From: Akkermansia sp.
Lineage (GTDB): Bacteria > Verrucomicrobiota > Verrucomicrobiia > Verrucomicrobiales > Akkermansiaceae
Direction: 5' to 3'
Length of the DNA stretch: 64,000 bases
Assembly: GCA_045132635.1 (NCBI GenBank)
Contig: JBGUSR010000026.1
Location: forward strand, 983-64,982
Position numbers and translations under genes: made by a program
Notes under the pieces: generated by a model
Database searches by the model: none
Seen by the model: only the letters and a program-made list of their open reading frames with translations
Told to the model about the DNA's origin: nothing
Shown: positions 58,663 through 64,000 of the stretch, piece after piece
Layout: the number at the start of each line of letters is the position of its first letter
Numbering within the stretch: position 1 is the first letter of the stretch

Positions 58663-59775
58663 ATGACTGATCCCCGCACCACTCAGCTTGCCCAGAATCT
58701 CATCCGCCACTCCTGCCGCGTCCAGCCGGGAGAACACGTGCTCCTCGAAATCATCGATGCCCCGGATGAAATCGCCATCGAACTCATCCGCGCCGTGCGC
58801 GAAGCCGGAGCCAACCCGCACATCAACCTGCGCCACGGCCGCGTCACCCGCGAAATGTTTGCCGGCGCCACCGATGACCAGTACGCCTCCATCGCAGGCT
58901 TTGAACTGGCAGAAATGCAGGCCATGGATGCCTACATCGCCATTCGCGGCGGCCACAACAGCTTCGAGAACTCCAGCGTACCCGCAGAAAAAATGGCCTT
59001 GGCCCAGAAACACATGCGTCCGGTGCACAATCACCGCGTCTGCAAAACCAAGTGGTGCGTTCTCCGCTGGCCCACCCCCAGCATGGCCCAGGGTGCCGGT
59101 ATGAGCACCGAAGCCTTTGAGGACTTCTACTTCCGCTGCTGCCTGGCAGACTACCAGCAGCTCCGCGTGGCCATGGACAAGCTCGCAGAGCGCATGATGC
59201 GCACCGACCGCGTCCGCATCATCGGCCCCGGCACCGACCTCACCTTCTCCATCAAGGGCATGCCCGCCATCCCCTGCGCCGGCGAAATGAACATCCCGGA
59301 CGGCGAGGTATTCACCGCCCCCATCAAGAACAGCGTGAACGGCACCATTCACTACACCGCCCCCACCCTCTTCCAGGGCATCCCGTTCGATGGCATCCGC
59401 CTCACCTTCAAGGACGGCAAAATTGTGGAGGCCCACTGCAACGGCAACGAGGAAGCCCTCAACAAGATTCTGGACACAGACGAAGGCTCCCGCTTCATCG
59501 GCGAGTTCGCCCTGGGTGTGAATCCCTTCATCCTCCAGCCCATGCGCGATATCCTGTTCGACGAAAAGATTGGCGGCTCCTTCCACTTCACCCCCGGCCA
59601 GGCATACGAAAACTGCGACAACGGCAACCGCTCCCAGGTGCACTGGGATATGGTCTGCATCCAGCGCGCCGACTACGGCGGCGGCGAAATCTGGTTCGAC
59701 GACGAACTCATCCGTAAGGACGGTATTTTCACTGACCCCGAACTGGCAATTCTGAATCCGAAAACAAACGACTAA
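58663..59775 (+). CDS. aminopeptidase, M29 (AmpS/PepS-like) family, copy 1
   Basis: 370 aa: LIRHSCRVQPGEHVLLE..., MNIPDGEVFTAP, IGEFALGVNP, HFTPGQAY ... HWDMV. The pattern resembles the thermophilic metalloprotease M29 family. Confidence 0.8.
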   Translation: MTDPRTTQLAQNLIRHSCRVQPGEHVLLEIIDAPDEIAIELIRAVREAGANPHINLRHGRVTREMFAGATDDQYASIAGFELAEMQAMDAYIAIRGGHNSFENSSVPAEKMALAQKHMRPVHNHRVCKTKWCVLRWPTPSMAQGAGMSTEAFEDFYFRCCLADYQQLRVAMDKLAERMMRTDRVRIIGPGTDLTFSIKGMPAIPCAGEMNIPDGEVFTAPIKNSVNGTIHYTAPTLFQGIPFDGIRLTFKDGKIVEAHCNGNEEALNKILDTDEGSRFIGEFALGVNPFILQPMRDILFDEKIGGSFHFTPGQAYENCDNGNRSQVHWDMVCIQRADYGGGEIWFDDELIRKDGIFTDPELAILNPKTND

Positions 59776-59781
59776 GTTCTC

Positions 59782-60885
59782 ATGAAGGATCCACGATATG
59801 CTCAGCTCGCTGACCAGGTGGTCAATTATTCCGTTCGCGTTCAGCCAGGCGAGCACGTAAACCTGCGCATGCAGGACATTCCGGATGCCATGGTTGTGGA
59901 GCTTATCCGCGCCGTGCGTCGGGCGGGCGGCGTGCCGCATGTGGATATTTCACACGCCACCGTCTCCAAGGAACTGGCCCTCGGTGCCACCGATGAACAG
60001 TATGAGTTGGACGGACGCTACCGCCTGCAACGCGCTGAGGATATGCAGGTGCATATCTGCTTCTATGCCGATTACAACAGCTTCGAAAGCGCCGATGTGC
60101 CTGGCGAGCGCATGCAGATTGTAAGCCGCCACCTCAAGCCCGCCAGCGATGTCACCTGCAACCGCCGCAAATGGACCATCCTCGCCTGGCCCACACCCAG
60201 CATGGCCCAGGCCGCCGGCATGAGCACAGAGGACTTTGAGGACTTCTACTTCCGCTGCTGCCTGGCAGACTACGCTGCCATGAAGGAGGGCATGCTGCAC
60301 CTCAAGGCCCTTATGGAGGCCACCGACCGCGTGCGCATCACCGGCCCCGGTACAGACCTCAGCTTCTCCATCAAAGGGATTCCGGCCATCCCCTGCTGCG
60401 GCGATTGCAACGTGCCCGATGGGGAGGTCTACACCGCCCCGGTGAAGGACAGCATCAACGGCACCATCACCTACAACGCTCCCAGCATCTACCACGGCGT
60501 TCCCTTCGATGGTGTGCGCTTCCGTTTTGAAAACGGCAAAATTGTCGAGGCTCACTGCAACGGCAACGAGGCAGCTCTTCACAAAATCCTCGATTCAGAT
60601 GCAGGCGCCCGCTACATCGGCGAGTTTGCCCTCGGGCTCAATCCGCATATCCTGCGCCCCATGCGCGATATCCTCTTCGATGAGAAAATCGCCGGGTCCT
60701 TCCATCTCACCCCCGGCCAGGCATACGACGAGGCGCCCAACGGCAACCACTCCGCCGTGCACTGGGATCTCGTCTGCATCCAGCGCCCGGAATACGGCGG
60801 CGGCGAAATCTGGTTCGATGACACCCTCATCCGCAAGGATGGTCGTTTCCTTGCCCCCGCCCTGGCCATCTTCAACGCAGAATAA
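59782..60885 (+). CDS. aminopeptidase, M29 family, copy 2 (tandem paralog)
   Basis: 367 aa and colinear with copy 1 (WPTPSMAQ(G/A)AGMSTE(A/D)FEDFYFRCCLADY is nearly identical). It starts 6 nt after copy 1. Confidence 0.8.
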   Translation: MKDPRYAQLADQVVNYSVRVQPGEHVNLRMQDIPDAMVVELIRAVRRAGGVPHVDISHATVSKELALGATDEQYELDGRYRLQRAEDMQVHICFYADYNSFESADVPGERMQIVSRHLKPASDVTCNRRKWTILAWPTPSMAQAAGMSTEDFEDFYFRCCLADYAAMKEGMLHLKALMEATDRVRITGPGTDLSFSIKGIPAIPCCGDCNVPDGEVYTAPVKDSINGTITYNAPSIYHGVPFDGVRFRFENGKIVEAHCNGNEAALHKILDSDAGARYIGEFALGLNPHILRPMRDILFDEKIAGSFHLTPGQAYDEAPNGNHSAVHWDLVCIQRPEYGGGEIWFDDTLIRKDGRFLAPALAIFNAE

Positions 60886-60891
60886 CCACCT

Positions 60892-61710
60892 ATGGCAAAG
60901 AGGAAAATTCGCAGCTGGCTCATTGCCGCCGCCCTGCTCTTCTGCGGAGTCAAGGGGGTGGAATACTTCGGCAACTGGGGGGCAGCCCAGCTGGAGTGCA
61001 ATCGCGTGCAACTCCCCGCTGCCGCCCTGCCCGGCGCGGGACCGCTGCGCATCGCCCTGCTGGCAGACCTGCACAACGACAAGGACCTCTTTGCCAAATG
61101 CATCGAACATATCTCCGCCGCCAAGCCGGACCTCATCATCTTCGGCGGCGATTTCATCATGGTCGATGACCGCTTCATGCGCACCCGCTGGGCGGTGGAA
61201 GGCCTGCGAAAGCTCCGCAGCATCGCACCCACCTTCGCCATTCTCGGTAACCAGGACTACGAAAAGCTGGAGCAGGTGCAGCGCGTTTTTGATACCGCAG
61301 GCGTCACCATCCTCCGCAACCAGGCGCTGGACTGGACTACCCCGGGCGGCACCACCCTCCGCATCATCGGCCTGGGCGACTGGAACGAGGGCGACGACGC
61401 CCCCGCCACCTGCATGCGCCCCAGCGGTCAGGAGGCGCACCCCGTCCTCCTCCTCTCCCATGACCCGGAAAGCCGCTGGCGCCTTCGCCGCTTCGATTGG
61501 GACCTCATGCTCTCCGGCCACACACACGGCGGCCAGGCAGGCAACCCCTTCACCGGCGATTTCATCTCCTTCCGCTCCTCCACCCCCGCCGGGCTCTATG
61601 ATTTCGAGGGCAACCGCCGCGTCTTCGTCACCCGCGGTGTCGGCTCCACCTACAATATGCGCTTCTTCTGTAACCCGGAGCTGAACATCATTGAAGTGAA
61701 TAAGGAATAG
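60892..61710 (+). CDS. metallophosphoesterase (calcineurin-like, YkuE-type)
   Basis: N-terminal TM/signal, then IALLADLHND, GGDF, GNQDY and LSGHTHGGQ motifs. Confidence 0.85.
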   Translation: MAKRKIRSWLIAAALLFCGVKGVEYFGNWGAAQLECNRVQLPAAALPGAGPLRIALLADLHNDKDLFAKCIEHISAAKPDLIIFGGDFIMVDDRFMRTRWAVEGLRKLRSIAPTFAILGNQDYEKLEQVQRVFDTAGVTILRNQALDWTTPGGTTLRIIGLGDWNEGDDAPATCMRPSGQEAHPVLLLSHDPESRWRLRRFDWDLMLSGHTHGGQAGNPFTGDFISFRSSTPAGLYDFEGNRRVFVTRGVGSTYNMRFFCNPELNIIEVNKE

Positions 61711-61745
61711 TGTAGAATAATCGAACGCTCCGCGTGACAATCATA

Positions 61746-61777
61746 CAGAAACGGCGTAGCTGACAGCGCTACGCCGT
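61746..61777 (-). terminator. probable terminator of the LOG-family gene
   Basis: 10-bp stem acggcgtagc / gctacgccgt (61751-61760 / 61768-61777). On the minus strand it is followed by tttctgtatg (modest T-tract). Confidence 0.45.
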
Positions 61778-61799
61778 AGACATCATGCGAGAAATTCCA

Positions 61800-62891
61800 C
61801 TAGTCCAGGTCATTAATAGCGTCGATAAGCTCGCGGAGCCGGGCGTAATTCCCTCGTTTGAAGGTAAATTTGACGCGGGAGAGGAAGCCCAGGCGTTCAT
61901 CGGGGTCAGTGGGGTCAGATTCCAGCTGCACCATATCCTTGAGCGGCATAATATCCTTGAAATCCTCCCTCAACCAGGGAAGAGACGCCTCCGCCAAGGG
62001 GTGAGAAAGACGAATGGAAAGCGAGTCGCCATCAAAATAATACGAGTGGTAACGGCTGTAGAACTGGGCAATGTGCTGGTAAGCATCCTCTGCATCCTTG
62101 GAGACATAGAGCAGCTTCATATCCTCCGGAGAAATGAGCCCGGCCTCCAGCAATTCCTTCTCAATGAAACGAATCCAGCGCTGCCAGAACGACTCACCGG
62201 GCGGGTCCATGAGCACCACGGGAAAAATAGTGCACTTACCCGTCTGAATCAGGGTAATAGCCTCAAAAATCTCATCCATGGTACCAAATCCGCCGGGGAA
62301 AGCCACCAGAGCATCGCTCTGCTTCAGGAAATTGAGCTTGCGGGTAAAGAAATAGTAGAAATTCATCATCTTCTCACTGCCTCTCATAATGGGATTCGGG
62401 TGCTGCTCAAAAGGAAGCGTGATATTGAGCCCGAAGGAGTGCTCCTCCGTGGCCCCCTCATTGCAGGCCTGCATAAGCCCCGGCCCGCCACCAGTGATAA
62501 TCATATACCCCTGGCTGGAAGCCAGGTCCGCAAAAGCCCGGGCCTGAATATAGCTCGGGTCGCTCTCCCGGATTCGGGCAGAGCCGAAGCAGGCAATCTT
62601 GCGGCGGTTCTCATAGGGCAGAAACATCTTATCTGCCCGGTACATTTCCTCCATAGCCCGGTTCATAATCTCCAGGTCATGCTCACCCAGGTTACTGGCA
62701 GCGGCATTCAGCGTGGTGGCCAGCATCTGCAGCACCGTGTCGGGTGAATGCTCGCCGCAGAATCGGCGGGAAAGATCATACAAATTAGCATCCAGCACCG
62801 GGTTACCAGTGCTCACCGGAATAGAAAAAGAGGTATGCGTTTCGGCGCGGCTGTTAATATCGCGCACGGCAAGGAGTTCGGGTTTACTCAT
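61800..62891 (-). CDS. LOG family (TIGR00730) Rossmann-fold nucleotide nucleosidase, PpnN-like long form
   Basis: IACFGSARIRESDP, MIITGGGPGLMQACNEGA and PGGFGTMDEIFEAITLIQTGK, plus a C-terminal ~120-aa extension. ATG 62891 (MSKPELLAVRD); the track ORF extends to 63038. Confidence 0.8.
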   Translation of the reverse strand: MSKPELLAVRDINSRAETHTSFSIPVSTGNPVLDANLYDLSRRFCGEHSPDTVLQMLATTLNAAASNLGEHDLEIMNRAMEEMYRADKMFLPYENRRKIACFGSARIRESDPSYIQARAFADLASSQGYMIITGGGPGLMQACNEGATEEHSFGLNITLPFEQHPNPIMRGSEKMMNFYYFFTRKLNFLKQSDALVAFPGGFGTMDEIFEAITLIQTGKCTIFPVVLMDPPGESFWQRWIRFIEKELLEAGLISPEDMKLLYVSKDAEDAYQHIAQFYSRYHSYYFDGDSLSIRLSHPLAEASLPWLREDFKDIMPLKDMVQLESDPTDPDERLGFLSRVKFTFKRGNYARLRELIDAINDLD

Positions 62892-63044
62892 ACTCCGTAG
62901 TATGCTCCCACCACCCCCCAAAGTCAATTGAAAAAAATAAAAGGGCCTCCGCATCTCGCGAAAAAGACGCTCCTCCCGAAAAACTTTAGGATACGCGCGC
63001 TGCTTGAGCTTGCCAAAACAGATAAAAAATGCTAGCATTTACCC

Positions 63045-63713
63045 ATGAAGCCCCTGTTTACCCTTTCTCTGCTTTGCGTAACGCTGCTGGCCTCCTGCAG
63101 CGTATTCGAAAGCCTCACCACTCCTGGTGAATACATGCCCATTTACCTGCAGGAGCCCTCCCCGCTGGATCCGCCCGGCATGGAAGCCATACGAGCCGAA
63201 GCCCGGGCCAAGTATGTGAAAGAAGGCGCATATGCCGATGGCGAGACGCTCGAAGTACAACAGGGCAAAGCCTACCTCTTCAACCGCAACCCCGATTACT
63301 ATGAGGGCGCCAAGGGCCGCATGGTCACCACAGCCAGCGCTAAAATCATCTCCTGCGAAGGCATCTACTACTTCGTGGAAATTGAGGACGGCAGCAAAGG
63401 CTTTCTGCGCGAAACAGATTTTGTGAACCCGGTCAAACTCGTTTCCACCACGGCAGAATCTGAGCTGCTGCCCATCGGCGCCATGCCCGCTGCCGATACC
63501 TGGGCCGCCTCCAATGCACAGGATGGAGACCAGACCATCATGACCAACGACTCCGGACGTGCCGTTCTGATTGTGAGCAAGAAATCCCAAAAAACCGATG
63601 AGTTTGAGGAACGCCGCCGCGAGCTGAAGTCTACCCCCGCCAGCGAGGATGACGGCGGACTCCCGACTCCCTCGGCAGAACTTCCTGAACCTGCCGGCAA
63701 CATGGAGGACTAA
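63045..63713 (+). CDS. lipoprotein, hypothetical
   Basis: MKPLFTLSLLCVTLLASCSVF has a lipobox (LLASC). 222 aa with an acidic C-terminus. No family recognised. Confidence 0.7.
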   Translation: MKPLFTLSLLCVTLLASCSVFESLTTPGEYMPIYLQEPSPLDPPGMEAIRAEARAKYVKEGAYADGETLEVQQGKAYLFNRNPDYYEGAKGRMVTTASAKIISCEGIYYFVEIEDGSKGFLRETDFVNPVKLVSTTAESELLPIGAMPAADTWAASNAQDGDQTIMTNDSGRAVLIVSKKSQKTDEFEERRRELKSTPASEDDGGLPTPSAELPEPAGNMED

Positions 63714-63738
63714 CCCCACACGCCGCAAACACACCTTT

Positions 63739-63771
63739 CCGGCAGCCCCCACAGGCTGCCGGCGCTTTTTT
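63739..63771 (+). terminator. rho-independent terminator of the lipoprotein gene
   Basis: Stem ccggcagcc / ggctgccgg with loop cccaca, followed by cgctttttt. Confidence 0.75.
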
Positions 63772-63780
63772 CTCTCGCAC

Positions 63781-64000
63781 ATGAGTCACCCTTACCCTGC
63801 CCTGATTGACCGATTCTTGCTCTACCTCGCCGCAGAACGGGGGCGCAGCCTCAACTACCGTCTCTCCGTGCAGCAGACCCTGACCCGCTTTGCAGACTGG
63901 TGCGCAGAGCACCAGCACACCCCGGAGAGCCTGACCGAGCCCCAGCTGGCCAGCTACCACCGCTGGCTCCGCCTGGAATGCAAACTGGCAGCATCCTCCT
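63781..64000 (+). CDS. tyrosine recombinase XerC/XerD-like, N-terminal fragment (continues past right edge)
   Basis: Hand translation: MSHPYPALIDRFLLYLAAERGRSLNYRLSVQQTLTRFADWCAEHQHTPESLTEPQLASYHRWL... This is the SAM-like N-terminal domain pattern (F..YL..ERG.S.N...) of Xer/integrase proteins. Confidence 0.7.
   Translation, partial: MSHPYPALIDRFLLYLAAERGRSLNYRLSVQQTLTRFADWCAEHQHTPESLTEPQLASYHRWLRLECKLAASS

Noticed and set aside
60509-61684. 391-aa alternate-frame + ORF and 381-aa minus ORF (60595-61740) over the aminopeptidase/metallophosphoesterase genes
   Set aside because: They have Pro/Ser/Ala/Arg-rich low-complexity translations. The accepted frames carry M29 and calcineurin-like phosphoesterase motifs.
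63781-64000. Integrase at the right edge as a marker of a prophage or genomic island
   Set aside because: The N-terminal sequence looks like housekeeping XerC/XerD. No att-like repeats, tRNA or phage genes are visible in the window. This cannot be judged without the downstream sequence.
1-64000. tRNA, rRNA, tmRNA, RNase P and SRP RNA genes
   Set aside because: I scanned the larger intergenic regions (12155-12861, 18127-18469, 31500-31790, 28798-28933) by eye for cloverleaf arms or conserved cores and found none. A covariance-model scan would be needed to be certain.

Overview
This is a 64-kb high-GC chromosomal segment. Hand-counted 60-nt lines in core genes are about 70% GC. PEP-CTERM tails, autotransporter-associated beta-strand repeats, a Minf_1886-like protein and a TIGR04073-like exosortase-associated protein point to a Verrucomicrobiota/PVC bacterium (inference only). 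I support about 50 protein genes. They include a 3,388-aa surface protein that combines an S6-like serine protease, a beta-helix repeat stalk and a PEP-CTERM anchor. Housekeeping genes are lipA, pgk, uvrC, typA, aroD, aguA, two thioredoxins, rpsU and aroB. An 11-gene nuoDEFGHIJKLMN operon (about 12.8 kb) has no nuoABC upstream. Envelope and glycan genes include an O-antigen-ligase-like/TPR protein, a GT4 glycosyltransferase, a LamG PEP-CTERM protein, a clan GH-D glycosidase and a secreted Zn-metalloprotease. There is also a NirJ/AhbC/AhbD-like radical SAM/SPASM pair, two tandem M29 aminopeptidases, a metallophosphoesterase, a LOG/PpnN-like protein, and a XerC/D-like recombinase fragment at the right edge. 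The best candidate for something undescribed is an AT-richer island of about 5 kb (16.9-22.0 kb) wedged between pgk and the glycosidase gene. It holds two diverged paralogous Cys-rich exported proteins with an LLPPLF-TM-basic C-terminal tail. These flank a 2-gene operon encoding a signal-peptide-bearing PD-(D/E)xK-like nuclease and a glycine-zipper membrane/TPR-like protein. Other oddities are a dispersed 149-bp highly structured repeat (2 full copies and 1 truncated copy), CAATAGT heptamer arrays that put stop codons in several frames at convergent gene junctions, a 700-bp AT-rich gene-free stretch, a roughly 48-aa insertion in NuoH, and a probable leaderless aroB. I recognised no rRNA, tRNA, CRISPR array, transposase or phage structural gene. 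Many long ORFs in the track are antisense or alternate-frame shadows typical of high-GC DNA and were rejected. All family assignments rest on motif recognition by eye, not on searches.
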